DNA of 64,000 nucleotides from positions 1-64,000 of the forward strand of contig JBJKRI010000007.1 of assembly GCA_046704725.1 (NCBI GenBank), in the 5' to 3' direction. Each line of letters begins with the position of its first letter. Position 1 is the stretch's first letter. A program made the position numbers and the translations under genes. The DNA is from Candidatus Woesearchaeota archaeon. Lineage in GTDB: Archaea > Nanobdellota > Nanobdellia > Woesearchaeales > SKIA01. Below, in pieces: positions 48,944 to 58,456 of the stretch. Under the pieces are notes generated by a model. It was given only the letters and a program-made list of their open reading frames with translations, was not told the DNA's origin and did not search any database.

Positions 48944-49252
48944 TTATCCGAAGAGCGCGCCAAGGCCTGCTGCGGCCTCTTCCTCGTTCTTCTCTTCCTT
49001 CTTCGGCTCCTCTGCCTTCTGCTCCTGTGCAGGAGCTGCGGCAGCGGGCGCGGCGGCAGTCGCGATGGCCGGTGCGGCCGCGGCCTTGCTGACCGCGTCC
49101 TCGATGTCCACGCCGTCAAGCGCCGCTACAAGGGCCTTGATGCGTGAATCGTCCGGTTTCGCTCCCGCAGCCTCGAGGACCTTCTTCACGGTTGCCTCGT
49201 CGATCTTCCCTCCAGCCTTGTGGATGGTCAGTGCTGCGTAGATGTATTCCAT
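48944..49252 (-). CDS. rpl12: 50S ribosomal protein P1 (L12p)
   Basis: MEYIYAAL...[10 protein letters not shown]. Confidence 0.97.
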   Translation of the reverse strand: MEYIYAALTIHKAGGKIDEATVKKVLEAAGAKPDDSRIKALVAALDGVDIEDAVSKAAAAPAIATAAAPAAAAPAQEQKAEEPKKEEKNEEEAAAGLGALFG

Positions 49253-49264
49253 TGGTGTTCCTCC

Positions 49265-50257
49265 TTAGCCGAAGAGCGCTCCCATCCCCGCCGCCGTGTC
49301 GCCTTCAGGGTCCTCTTTCGGTTTCTCTTCGGGCTTGGCTTCGGGTTGTTCTTGCTGCGGGGGCTCCTCGGGCGCCGGTGCGGCTCCCTTGAGCTCCTCT
49401 GGAACGATGTCTTCGGGTAAGTGTGATGCGAGCGCTGCGGCCTGGCGTTGCGCCTTGCCCAGCACCAGGTCTGCCGTGTCCGGCGAGACGTAGTCCGTCT
49501 CCTGCGCCAGGCTGCGTGCTTCGCCGCTCGCTTTGGCGAGCATGATCGCGACGGTCTCTGTCGTGTGGATGCCCGCTTCGACGCCCAGGTTGATGGCGCC
49601 TTGCGCCGCCGCCGTCAGGTCGGCGAGGTATTGATCCTCGTCGATGTCGAGCACGCTCTTGGGGATGATGTCCCCGTCCTCGTACACGGCGGTGAGGTCG
49701 AGTCCGACCTCCATGGGCATGATCTGCAGGCGTGTCAGCAATCCTGCGAGCGAGGCGTTGATGGTGTCGCCCTCCTTGGCGACGACCTTGGCCTCCTTGA
49801 CGGCGACCTTGCCGTTCTCCACGCCCGTCTTGAGCCCGAATTTGCCGAGCTCTCCGATGATCGGTCCTGGCGCGAACGGTGTCGGCCCCGCCGGGATCGT
49901 GATGTCCTTGGGAGCGGTCTGCCCTGCTTTCGCGGGCGCCGGGCTCTTGTTCTTCTTGAGGATCTTGTAGAGCGTGAAGGGGTTCTCCTTAGTGAATAAG
50001 AGCGCGGGCATGCCCTTGAGGTGCCCTTCGAGCGCTTCGAGCCCTTTCTTCTTTTTCTTGGCGTCCTCCACGGCGACCTTGAGCAGGCGTCGCTTGGTCA
50101 TGCGGATGACGCACGTGCCGCGCAGTTGCTCTCGCATCACCTGGAGCTGCCGTGCCGGCAGGCCCTCCATGTTAAGCGCGCCGATGATCGGGTATTCGCC
50201 CATCAGCTGTTCGAACTCCGCCACCACCTGTTTCTTCTTGTCGCTCACGTGTGCCAT
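49265..50257 (-). CDS. rpl10: 50S ribosomal protein L10/P0
   Basis: PAKAG.TAP, GPTPFAPGP, GMGALFG. Confidence 0.97.
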   Translation of the reverse strand: MAHVSDKKKQVVAEFEQLMGEYPIIGALNMEGLPARQLQVMREQLRGTCVIRMTKRRLLKVAVEDAKKKKKGLEALEGHLKGMPALLFTKENPFTLYKILKKNKSPAPAKAGQTAPKDITIPAGPTPFAPGPIIGELGKFGLKTGVENGKVAVKEAKVVAKEGDTINASLAGLLTRLQIMPMEVGLDLTAVYEDGDIIPKSVLDIDEDQYLADLTAAAQGAINLGVEAGIHTTETVAIMLAKASGEARSLAQETDYVSPDTADLVLGKAQRQAAALASHLPEDIVPEELKGAAPAPEEPPQQEQPEAKPEEKPKEDPEGDTAAGMGALFG

Positions 50258-50901
50258 CAGAACACCGCCGGCTTGCCCATCGTCAGCTTGACAAGCCCGT
50301 TCTTGATATTGTTCTCCTCCAATGGGAGGTTGTGGACGACCTGGTTGTAGAGGTAGCTGATGTTGTCGGCGACCTCGTCCTCGCTCTGGTCCTGGCGTCC
50401 GACCTTGAGGTGGATGACCGGGTCCTTCTTGGCCTGGACCCTGATGGTGCGCTGCAATCGCTGGTAGATGGGCGCGAGCGTGGCCTTGGGTGGCACGACA
50501 CAGCCTGCCTTGGGGTTGGGCATCTTGCCGCGCGGTCCGAGCACGCGTCCAAAAGTCGTCGCCACCTGCGGCATGACATTCGCCTGCGCGATGAAGTAGT
50601 CGTATTCTTTCGCGAGGTGCTTGATGTCTTTTTTGCTGAGCTTCGCAAAGTCGTCGGCCACGATGGCTCTGTCGAGCACCTTCTTGGCTTCCTCGAGCAG
50701 TTCGGGGCCGACCAGTCCGCAGACCTTGACTTTCTTGCCGTAGTCGTTGTGCAGCGTGACGTACACGTCGAGCTGCTGTTCGGTCTTCTTCAGGTCGATA
50801 TCCTTGAGATTAATGACCAGGTCGACGGATTGCACGAACTTGCGGTCGTTGCCGTTCTCCTTGGCCTGTTTCAGAAGCGCGAGCGCCTTGTCTTTTTCCA
50901 T
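50257..50901 (-). CDS. rpl1: 50S ribosomal protein L1
   Basis: RKFVQSVDLVINLK, GRVLGPRGKMP. Confidence 0.97.
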   Translation of the reverse strand: MEKDKALALLKQAKENGNDRKFVQSVDLVINLKDIDLKKTEQQLDVYVTLHNDYGKKVKVCGLVGPELLEEAKKVLDRAIVADDFAKLSKKDIKHLAKEYDYFIAQANVMPQVATTFGRVLGPRGKMPNPKAGCVVPPKATLAPIYQRLQRTIRVQAKKDPVIHLKVGRQDQSEDEVADNISYLYNQVVHNLPLEENNIKNGLVKLTMGKPAVF

Positions 50902-50969
50902 GGTCGTCCCTCCTGCCGAAGCAGTACGATTGGGTCGTGAGTACCGCGAATCGAGGTGCGTTTATAAGG

Positions 50970-51635
50970 CTATGGGTGCCCGGGATGCAGCTCGTTGCCC
51001 GGCCGCAGGGGATCCGCGATAATCGAGTCCCTGCTCAGGCACACGTGCGGCAAGGGGTCTGTCTGGCAGCCGAGGCTGATGGTGGGGAAGCTGTAGAAGG
51101 TCGGTCCGATCCGCATGAGGAAGACGTTCTCCGGGAGGTCCGGCCGTTCCTGGCCGATATAGACCGTGTCCTCGATGGTCCGGTATTCGACGCGCGGCTT
51201 TCGCGCCAGCTCCGAACGCAGGAAGGCATTCTCGGCCTTGTACGCAGCGCTCGCGTCCGACGCGTGCTCCAGCGCGTCCCGGAGGTTGCTCGCGTCCTTG
51301 TCTTTCAGATACACCGTGCGTGTCCGCACTTGCGGTACGACCACCCTTTCTGGCTTGAGCGTCAGCGCATAGATACCTGCGAACAAAGCCGCCCCGGCCG
51401 CCACGCTGATTGCCGTGCCGTCCGGTAGGTTGGCGGCACGATTAGTGAGCAGTCCGTATCCGTAGAATCCGACCCAACCCCCGGCCGCCCCGAGCAGTAC
51501 CGCGTTACCTGCTCTCTGCAGCCGGGTCTCTGTCGGGTGTGGTTGAGAGTCGTAATCCGTGCTCGCGCTCGCACAGCCGGTGAGGGTGGCGCCCAAGAGC
51601 GCCACGCCCACGGCTCGCCGTATCAGGGGGTGCAT
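50970..51635 (-). CDS. Hypothetical lipoprotein/membrane protein
   Basis: LTGC lipobox-like motif, two further hydrophobic segments. Confidence 0.6.
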   Translation of the reverse strand: MHPLIRRAVGVALLGATLTGCASASTDYDSQPHPTETRLQRAGNAVLLGAAGGWVGFYGYGLLTNRAANLPDGTAISVAAGAALFAGIYALTLKPERVVVPQVRTRTVYLKDKDASNLRDALEHASDASAAYKAENAFLRSELARKPRVEYRTIEDTVYIGQERPDLPENVFLMRIGPTFYSFPTISLGCQTDPLPHVCLSRDSIIADPLRPGNELHPGHP

Positions 51636-51688
51636 ATCGCTTCAAGGCGACGCGTTTTTATGTGGCTTTGCGCCGACAAGTCGCAGAG

Positions 51689-52537
51689 ATGACAGAACGA
51701 CCCGGAAAGCTTACGAGGTTCCGTGATGCAATCCTCTCGCGCGAGCGCGCCGACCTGCCCTGGAGACGGACGACAGAGCCGTACGCCATCCTCGTCTCGG
51801 AGATGATGCTGCAGCAGACCCAGGTCGATCGCGTCGTGCCGAAGTACCTGTCGTTCCTCGATCGCTTCCCGACCGCCGCTTCCTTGGCGCAAGCGCCCTT
51901 CCCTGAGGTCTTGCGGCTCTGGCAGGGCCTCGGCTATAATCGCCGAGCGCGCTACCTGCAGGATGCGGCGCAGTTCCTCGTTGAGCATCCGCGCCCCTCG
52001 TACGAGGAGTTACTCGCGCTCAGAGGCGTCGGGCCGTACGTGGCCGCCGCGGTGTGCGTCTTTGCCTACAACGAGCGGCGGGCGGCGCTCGACGTGAATG
52101 TGCGCCGCATCTTCTCACGCTATTTCGGAGCGGTCGATGACGGTTTCATCGCACAAGCCGTTCCCGAGGATAGCAGGGATTGGCACAACGCGCTCATGGA
52201 CTTCGGACAGGCGGTGTGCACCAAGCGCTCTCCCTCGTGCGATTCCTGCCCGCTACGAGCGTCGTGCCATGCGGTCAGGAACGACACGTTCTCTTCCGAG
52301 CCGTCGCATGCCCAGCCGCGTTTCGAGGGCTCCGTGCGTTGGCATCGCGGCCGCATCCTCAAGGTGTTGCTGCGCGGGAGGATGAGGGAGAATCTGTTGT
52401 GGAACGCGCTTCCGAGCGCTTACCGGAACCGCGAGCGGTTCAGCACCGCATTGGACGGTTTGCGCAGGGAAGGTTTCATCGACGATGAAAAGGGCGTGCT
52501 CGCCTTGTCGGATGGGAAGAGCCATCGTCTTGAGTGA
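51689..52537 (+). CDS. mutY: A/G-specific adenine glycosylase
   Basis: LPWR, VSEMMLQQTQV, WQGLGY, C-x6-C-x2-C-x5-C. Confidence 0.93.
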   Translation: MTERPGKLTRFRDAILSRERADLPWRRTTEPYAILVSEMMLQQTQVDRVVPKYLSFLDRFPTAASLAQAPFPEVLRLWQGLGYNRRARYLQDAAQFLVEHPRPSYEELLALRGVGPYVAAAVCVFAYNERRAALDVNVRRIFSRYFGAVDDGFIAQAVPEDSRDWHNALMDFGQAVCTKRSPSCDSCPLRASCHAVRNDTFSSEPSHAQPRFEGSVRWHRGRILKVLLRGRMRENLLWNALPSAYRNRERFSTALDGLRREGFIDDEKGVLALSDGKSHRLE

Positions 52538-52547
52538 GCGCTGGTAA

Positions 52548-53408
52548 TCAGACTCTGCGCAATTCGAGGTACGCGGTCTGCATGTAGCGCTCGCCTGGAG
52601 CGAGAGCGACGAACTTTGCTGGATAGACATCGTTCGCGTCTTTCACCATTCCTCCGGTGAACATCTCCAAACAGACCTGGTTTCCGTTTCTCCAGACGGC
52701 CGATGACGGGAACCGATGCTCCACCCGGACCGACTTCATCCCTCTTCGGTACATCATGCGTCCCGCGCCGACCCATGTCTTGTCGTCTCCCAACTCGTCG
52801 AACGCATGCCACCGATCACCGTACAGTAGCTCTTCTTTGTCTTCTCCCATCCTTGTGAAGCTCGGGTCCCAGCCGTGCTGGAATCGTTGCGTGCGCGCGT
52901 CCAGGTTCTCGACTGTGAGGTCCACTTTCACGATGCCGTCCTGCAGGAGTTCTATCGTCTTGCGCAGGATCGTCTTGTGCGGCCATCGCAGCGGATAAGG
53001 TGATTTCTCGCCCACGACTTCGATGCTCGGGTCGTACAGGTATTCAACGGCGGCCTTGGCCGTTCCAGCGTATATCTGGTGGGGCTTCAGCCACCGCGCT
53101 ATACCGTGTTGGGTGAGATGATACGGGACCTTCCCCCGCAGTGGTTCGCGGCCGGTCCGCTTCTGATATTCAGCCACGAGCGCGGCTCGATCAGAGCTCC
53201 CGTCGTCATCCAACCAGAGCGTGTCGTCCGCTGCCGGACCGACGATCGGCCACATTATGATCTCGGAGTTGCTCCAACCGTTGGGCGGGACGCCCTTCCT
53301 GCCGCCCGGATGCATGAACTCCGTCCCGTCGAGCGCGAGGCTGATGATCTGGCCGGTTCCCCTGCGGATCTCCGCGCTGAGCGGGCCGTTGACGGTGCAG
53401 ATGGTCAT
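52548..53408 (-). CDS. Galactose mutarotase/aldose 1-epimerase-like protein
   Basis: MWPIVG, TQHGIAR, VCLE motifs. Confidence 0.7.
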   Translation of the reverse strand: MTICTVNGPLSAEIRRGTGQIISLALDGTEFMHPGGRKGVPPNGWSNSEIIMWPIVGPAADDTLWLDDDGSSDRAALVAEYQKRTGREPLRGKVPYHLTQHGIARWLKPHQIYAGTAKAAVEYLYDPSIEVVGEKSPYPLRWPHKTILRKTIELLQDGIVKVDLTVENLDARTQRFQHGWDPSFTRMGEDKEELLYGDRWHAFDELGDDKTWVGAGRMMYRRGMKSVRVEHRFPSSAVWRNGNQVCLEMFTGGMVKDANDVYPAKFVALAPGERYMQTAYLELRRV

Positions 53409-53441
53409 TGCGTTGGGAACATAATAGAGCTACTTAATACT

Positions 53442-53786
53442 TCAGCTGAAGTAGAGCGGGTCGTCCGAGCGCACGACCGTCTCCGTGCGTCCGTCCACAT
53501 TGCGCTTCTCGGCGTACTTGTCGTGCTTGCTCTTGGACTCGTCCTTGACCTCGTTCACGCTGAGTATCTTGTTCATGTTGACGGGCCCGCAGTTCGGGCA
53601 CACGAAGAACACGCCCCACTTGCCCTCTTTTTGCTCGACGTACTCGCCGCACACGCATTTCATCTCGCCCATGGAGGCGTTCTTGTGCTTGGCGCAGACC
53701 GGCACCCCCTGCTTGTTCTTGCTGTACGCCGCGGCCCCGCAGAACGGGCATGCCGCGGTCCGGTACGATCCGTACGTCTTGCGCAT
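53442..53786 (-). CDS. Double zinc-finger protein
   Basis: CPFC..C..H and CVC..CPNC. Confidence 0.8.
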   Translation of the reverse strand: MRKTYGSYRTAACPFCGAAAYSKNKQGVPVCAKHKNASMGEMKCVCGEYVEQKEGKWGVFFVCPNCGPVNMNKILSVNEVKDESKSKHDKYAEKRNVDGRTETVVRSDDPLYFS

Positions 53787-53916
53787 GCCTCAAGGTCTTT
53801 GTGGCGCTTTTTAGGGATTACGCTCGTGCGATACTTATACCAGAAAGCACACCAGGAACATAATCCACTCAAAAGGAGTGAAAACCATTAAATACTGGTG
53901 TGGATGCATGCCGCAT

Positions 53917-54558
53917 ATGAAACTCCTTTATCGATCGGTCACAGCTCAAGACGCGAACAGCGAAGATCCCCAGGAGATAACCTTCGGGATCGGAGAAGCG
54001 AATCTCGAAGGACTCAATGCGATCGTCAAGCAGGCCAAAGATATCATCGTGGGGCACAGCGATGATCCTGATGAAGCGACCAATATCGTGCAGGGAGTCA
54101 GACCCCCAGGGGGCTACATCACTGTTGATCAAATCGTCGAGAGGACGGTGACAGAGGGTGATCGGACGCTGCGGGTCCTCGCCAACGGCACTGATCCGTG
54201 GCAGGCTTTCGGCGTTGTGCTCGACACGCGCTACGCCACGCGGGGTATCCCGGACTCCGAGCGTAGCGCAGGATCGGTCGTCATCAACTACGCGACCGCC
54301 GCGCGTATGGCCAATGGAAACCTGGTCAGTCTAGATTGGATCCGTAGTGCGTCGCACCTCTTGAACGGGCTGACTGGCGGTATCATACAAGTCAGAGGAC
54401 CATTCACAGTGGGTAGCGAGATCTATGATGCATTGCGCGTGAGCACCAGAACCGATGCGGTTCTCGACGTGACTCTCCAAGAGAACCTGAAACGCATACG
54501 AGAGCCGTGGGCCATGGATTCTTCAGTCATGCATACGGCACGTCCTGGTCGGTCTTGA
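53917..54558 (+). CDS. Hypothetical protein
   Basis: Long ORF after AT-rich promoter; start uncertain. Confidence 0.55.
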   Translation: MKLLYRSVTAQDANSEDPQEITFGIGEANLEGLNAIVKQAKDIIVGHSDDPDEATNIVQGVRPPGGYITVDQIVERTVTEGDRTLRVLANGTDPWQAFGVVLDTRYATRGIPDSERSAGSVVINYATAARMANGNLVSLDWIRSASHLLNGLTGGIIQVRGPFTVGSEIYDALRVSTRTDAVLDVTLQENLKRIREPWAMDSSVMHTARPGRS

Positions 54559-56422
54559 CACCGTACACGAGCAGGTAGTTCCAGAATAAGCCCTTCACTT
54601 TCTCTATGCGCACCGAGAATCCTGCGCGCTTGAACTCCCTTCGCAACAGCTTGAGGTCCGTCAGCCAGATGGGGTTCGGCAAGAGCCCGAAGTAGTCCAC
54701 CCATTCCATGAAGCAGATCTTCCCTCCTTCGGGCATGACGCGCGCGATCTCCTTGAGGACCTTCTGCTTGTCCTGGATGTAGCCGAGCATGCCCGTGCTG
54801 AACACGACGTCGACTTTCTGCACGTCTGGGTGCAATCGGTTGGTGATGTGTTCGTCGCGGATGCCGATGACGTGCGTGTGCTTGCGTTTCTCGATGCGTT
54901 TCAAGAGCAGGTCGACGTTGCGCGCCCCGCTCTCCACGGCATACACCTTCCCTTTCTTGGTCACGCGCTCGGCGAGGTGGAGCGTGAGGCTTCCCACGCC
55001 GGCGCCGAACTCGAGCACCGTCTTCCCCGTGAGGTCTCCGAACAGGTTGAGCATCTTCTCTCGCACGCCCTTGGGCAGGATGACGTTCTCCAGGAACAAT
55101 GCGGGGTACGCCAATGCGTCCATGAAGAATAGCTGCGTCGAAGGATTGTAGTAGATGGAGAGCAGCAGGTAGATTGGGATGCCGAACAGTATGAGTGATG
55201 CGATGAACTTGAGCGTGCCGAAGGCCGTCGGCGTCAGCACGATCCATCCCACGAGTGCTGCGATGAATATCCCGCTGCTGATGTAGGGCCCGAAGCTCCC
55301 CAACGGCGCGTTGAAGGCCCGTCTTCCGGGTCGCGTGCGCCGCAATAACGGGACGGATAACACAGTGGGGATGTACATGCACAGCGCGAGTGGCACCATG
55401 ATGCTCAAGAGCAGTGTGTAGTTGCCGAACGCCGCGAGCAAGACGAGTGCGGAGACGATCCCTTGGAAGAGGATGGCTTTTGCTGGCGTTCCCGTGCGCG
55501 GGCTCCTGTCAGCGAGTTGCTCGATGAAGAGCTTGTCGCGCGCCATGGCCAAGAGCAGACGCGGTCCAGACACGATGTTGCCCGCCGCCGATCCGATGAG
55601 CGCCAAGAAGATCCCGATCTTGAGGATGAGCGCTCCTGTCGCGCCGAAGATGATGGCGAACGCGTCCGTCAACGGCGCGGGGCTCTTCGCGAGTGTCGCC
55701 GCGGGGATGATGCCGTACAATACGGCGGTCAGTCCGATGCCGAGGATGGCCCCGATGATCGTGCTGATGACGATCGCTCTCGGGATGTTCTTCTGCGGCT
55801 CTTTCGTCTCTTCCGCCAAAAAGCACGCGGCTTCCCAGCCGAAGTAGGTCTCGAGGATGAAGAACAGCGCCACGAGCAGCATGATGGGCTTTCCGATGAC
55901 GAAGGGCTGGTAGTTCGCGGGGTTGATGTGGAAGACGCCTCCTACGATCGTGAGGATGACGAAGACGAGCAGGCTCGCCGCGAAGAAGTCCAGGATGGCT
56001 TCCGAAGCCCCGAGTCCCCTATAGGCGATGAAGTGGAGGATGACCACGAGCACGAGGCTGGCGGCCAGCTTCTGCACGAATGGCAGGAAGGGAAAGGCGT
56101 ACTCCAAGGCGCCGACGATGAGGATGCTCGTGTTGATGGTGGCGACCAGCCACATGATCCATCCGATGAGGAAGCTCGGGAATCGCCCGTAGGCGTTCTT
56201 GGCGAACTCGTAGATGCCGCCCGCGCGCGGGAACATGCTCGCGAGCTCCGCGAACAAGAAGCCGACGTAGATGCTCTGCAGCCCGAGCACGATCCACGCG
56301 ATGATGGCGGCGACGCCCGCGTAGGACGCGCTGATGGCCGGCCCGAAGAACAGTCCGGTCCCGATGAGCGCGACGAGCGTCAGGCTGGTGACGCCGAACA
56401 AGCCCATCTTGCGCTCTGCCAT
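54527..56422 (-). CDS. APC amino-acid permease fused to class I SAM methyltransferase
   Basis: IGTGLF, ELASMFPRAGGIY, GWE, EETKEP; C-term VLEFGAGVG, ARVMPEGG. Confidence 0.9.
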   Translation of the reverse strand: MAERKMGLFGVTSLTLVALIGTGLFFGPAISASYAGVAAIIAWIVLGLQSIYVGFLFAELASMFPRAGGIYEFAKNAYGRFPSFLIGWIMWLVATINTSILIVGALEYAFPFLPFVQKLAASLVLVVILHFIAYRGLGASEAILDFFAASLLVFVILTIVGGVFHINPANYQPFVIGKPIMLLVALFFILETYFGWEAACFLAEETKEPQKNIPRAIVISTIIGAILGIGLTAVLYGIIPAATLAKSPAPLTDAFAIIFGATGALILKIGIFLALIGSAAGNIVSGPRLLLAMARDKLFIEQLADRSPRTGTPAKAILFQGIVSALVLLAAFGNYTLLLSIMVPLALCMYIPTVLSVPLLRRTRPGRRAFNAPLGSFGPYISSGIFIAALVGWIVLTPTAFGTLKFIASLILFGIPIYLLLSIYYNPSTQLFFMDALAYPALFLENVILPKGVREKMLNLFGDLTGKTVLEFGAGVGSLTLHLAERVTKKGKVYAVESGARNVDLLLKRIEKRKHTHVIGIRDEHITNRLHPDVQKVDVVFSTGMLGYIQDKQKVLKEIARVMPEGGKICFMEWVDYFGLLPNPIWLTDLKLLRREFKRAGFSVRIEKVKGLFWNYLLVYGVKTDQDVPYA

Positions 56423-56484
56423 GCTTTTCTTGCCGGGAATTTCCGCTTATAAATGGCGCGTGTGCACTCGGAAGGCGTGGCGGC

Positions 56485-56502
56485 ACGCCGCGGCTCGGAT
56501 TC
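56485..56502 (-). repeat. Copy of tRNA-Ser 3' end (att-like)
   Basis: ACGCCGCGGCTCGGATTC identical to 56569-56586. Confidence 0.85.
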
Positions 56503-56569
56503 CTCAGAGCGCAGCGATGAGGCGCAAGAAGCGGAGCTTCGCCAGCGCGTCCGAAAACGAGCAAGGCAA

Positions 56570-56652
56570 CGCCGCGGCTCGGATTCGAACCGAGAATGGG
56601 TTTCCCCTCCGGCTCTCAAGGCCGGTGCACTACCAGGTTATGCGACCGCGGC
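56570..56652 (-). tRNA. tRNA-Ser(TGA)
   Basis: GCCGCGG acceptor, CCGGC-CTTGAGA-GCCGG anticodon arm, long variable arm, TTCGAAT. Confidence 0.95.
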
Positions 56653-56689
56653 AACAAGTACAGGGCGGCGCGGCCGCTTATAAGATTGC

Positions 56690-57321
56690 TGGGCCCGCCC
56701 GGACGTGCGCTCCGGCGGGGACCCACTCGACGGCGCACCAAGCAGTGGAAATGCATAAATACCATTGAACCCTCTTCATAGTGATGACAGGAAGTTTCGC
56801 ATATCCGGTCGTGAATCATGCAGTGGAAGACATCGGCGAGCTGTTCGAATTCCGCGCGGAAGACGCTTCTGCGTTCGCCGCTGAAGTGAACAAGGCGTTC
56901 AGCGAAAGGAGCTTCCGGCTTCTCACGCCCGGAAGAACGGTTGCCGATGCCTACTGCTGGTCTTGCACCCTTGTTGAGGTGACGGTCGACCACGACGGCG
57001 TGGACATTGTGATAGAGAAGGAGATATCCATGCGTGGAACGCTACCTGTCCGTACTGCCATGAAACCCCGTTTCGCTTTCGACCCGCAACACGGTCTGTA
57101 CCTATTGACAGGAGAGCCTAGCAGGCCATACGTCAATCGACAGGAACACTTCTTGTGGTACAACAACCAGCCGCTCAAGCCCCCTCAAGAGAGACTCCAG
57201 GCAGGCGAACTCCAACACTCGTAGCGTTTCTCGAAACCAGACCTTTGCGGCAGAGACTGTTCCGAATCCGTATCGGAGTGCGAACCGAAAAACCTCTCCG
57301 GATGGATGGGCCCGCCCGGAC
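56690..57321. mobile_element. Putative tRNA-Val-integrated micro-island (15-bp direct repeats, one cargo gene, no integrase)
   Basis: TGGGCCCGCCCGGAC at 56690-56704 and 57307-57321 (tRNA 3' end). Confidence 0.7.
56784..57224 (+). CDS. Hypothetical cargo protein
   Basis: ORF inside the direct repeats, CATAAAT box upstream. Confidence 0.55.
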   Translation: MTGSFAYPVVNHAVEDIGELFEFRAEDASAFAAEVNKAFSERSFRLLTPGRTVADAYCWSCTLVEVTVDHDGVDIVIEKEISMRGTLPVRTAMKPRFAFDPQHGLYLLTGEPSRPYVNRQEHFLWYNNQPLKPPQERLQAGELQHS

Positions 57322-57379
57322 TCGAACCGGGGATCAACGCCGTGTAAAGGCGCTGTCATAGCCGCTAGACCACGGGCCC
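57307..57379 (-). tRNA. tRNA-Val(TAC)
   Basis: GGGCCCG acceptor, GCGCC-TTTACAC-GGCGT, GGTTCGAGTCC. Confidence 0.96.
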
Positions 57380-57417
57380 GTGGGGGAAGTACCGCGCAGC
57401 CCTTTAAGAGCGCATCG

Positions 57418-58386
57418 CTAGAGCAGCTCCATCAGGTGCCTGGTGAAGGCGAACAGGACGTGGTCGTACACGCGTTGGATCCAGTTGTAGCGCACGCTGT
57501 GGTGCGCCACTTCCGACAAGTGCTTGCGCAGCGTCGTCAGGTGCCTTCCGGTCATGATGACCGACACCTCGATGTTGTGCTTGAACGATCGGTTGTCGAA
57601 GTTCGCGCTTCCCACCAAGGCCACGTCGTCGAAGAGCATGACTTTGCTGTGGAACATCTTCGCGCTCTGCTTCACAGTCAATCGCTTGTGGTGGATGCGC
57701 TGGAGGTTGATCCTGTTGAACGTTCCCGCCAGATGGTGCTCCGGCTTTCTCGGGACGACGATCTGCACCTCCACCCCGCGGTCCATCGCCGCTAAGAGCA
57801 GGTTCTCGATGGCGTCGTCGATGACGAAGTACGGGCTCGCGATCACGATGCGTTCGGTGCTCGTCACGATGTGCTCGAGCACGAAGTTATAGACGTCGCG
57901 CCGCTCAACGAGCGGGTCTGTCGTGCGCACCCACGTCGTGTAGGGATCATCCTTTCTCGTTCCCAGGTGCTTGGCGAAAGCGTGGAGTTCCTCCAGCAAC
58001 TGCGGTTCTTTGATGATGATCGAGGCATCCACCCAGTCGTGATAGTACTTCCTCGTGAGGTTGCGTCCCGAGACGACGGCGACATCGTCGTCGATGAGGA
58101 AGACCTTGGCGTGGTTGCGCACGCCCAGCAGAGAGGGCCGCGGGATGAATGCACGGCAGAACGGTTCCGCGGCGAGACGCGGCACGCTGCGCGCACTCCC
58201 GAACAGGTCGTAGACCACCTCGACCTTCACCCCCTCCTTGCGCTTCTCCTTGAGGACGCGCCACAATCGCTTCGTCGTCTCGTCGAAGCGGATCATGTAC
58301 ATGCACATCCAGATGCGTTTCTTCGCGCTCCGCAAGAGCCGTTCGTACTCGTCCAGGCATTCCTTCCCGTCGAAGATGACGCGCAT
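57418..58386 (-). CDS. Phospholipase D / cardiolipin synthase family
   Basis: Two HKD motifs NHAKVFLID and FHSKVMLFD, SPYF, GSANFD.RS. Confidence 0.92.
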   Translation of the reverse strand: MRVIFDGKECLDEYERLLRSAKKRIWMCMYMIRFDETTKRLWRVLKEKRKEGVKVEVVYDLFGSARSVPRLAAEPFCRAFIPRPSLLGVRNHAKVFLIDDDVAVVSGRNLTRKYYHDWVDASIIIKEPQLLEELHAFAKHLGTRKDDPYTTWVRTTDPLVERRDVYNFVLEHIVTSTERIVIASPYFVIDDAIENLLLAAMDRGVEVQIVVPRKPEHHLAGTFNRINLQRIHHKRLTVKQSAKMFHSKVMLFDDVALVGSANFDNRSFKHNIEVSVIMTGRHLTTLRKHLSEVAHHSVRYNWIQRVYDHVLFAFTRHLMELL

Positions 58387-58456
58387 GCCCCCTTCCCCGC
58401 GAGTGAGTATAAAAAGCTGGTGCAGGGATTATATAGGAGCGCTTCTCGAAACCAGC

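Noticed and set aside
50902-50945. CUGC-UUCG-GCAG hairpin in the rpl1 leader as an L1 autoregulatory site
   Set aside because: Could not match the L1-binding internal-loop consensus
56570-56652. Possible selenocysteine or suppressor tRNA because of TGA and the long variable arm
   Set aside because: Anticodon TGA reads UCA (Ser); normal 7-bp acceptor stem
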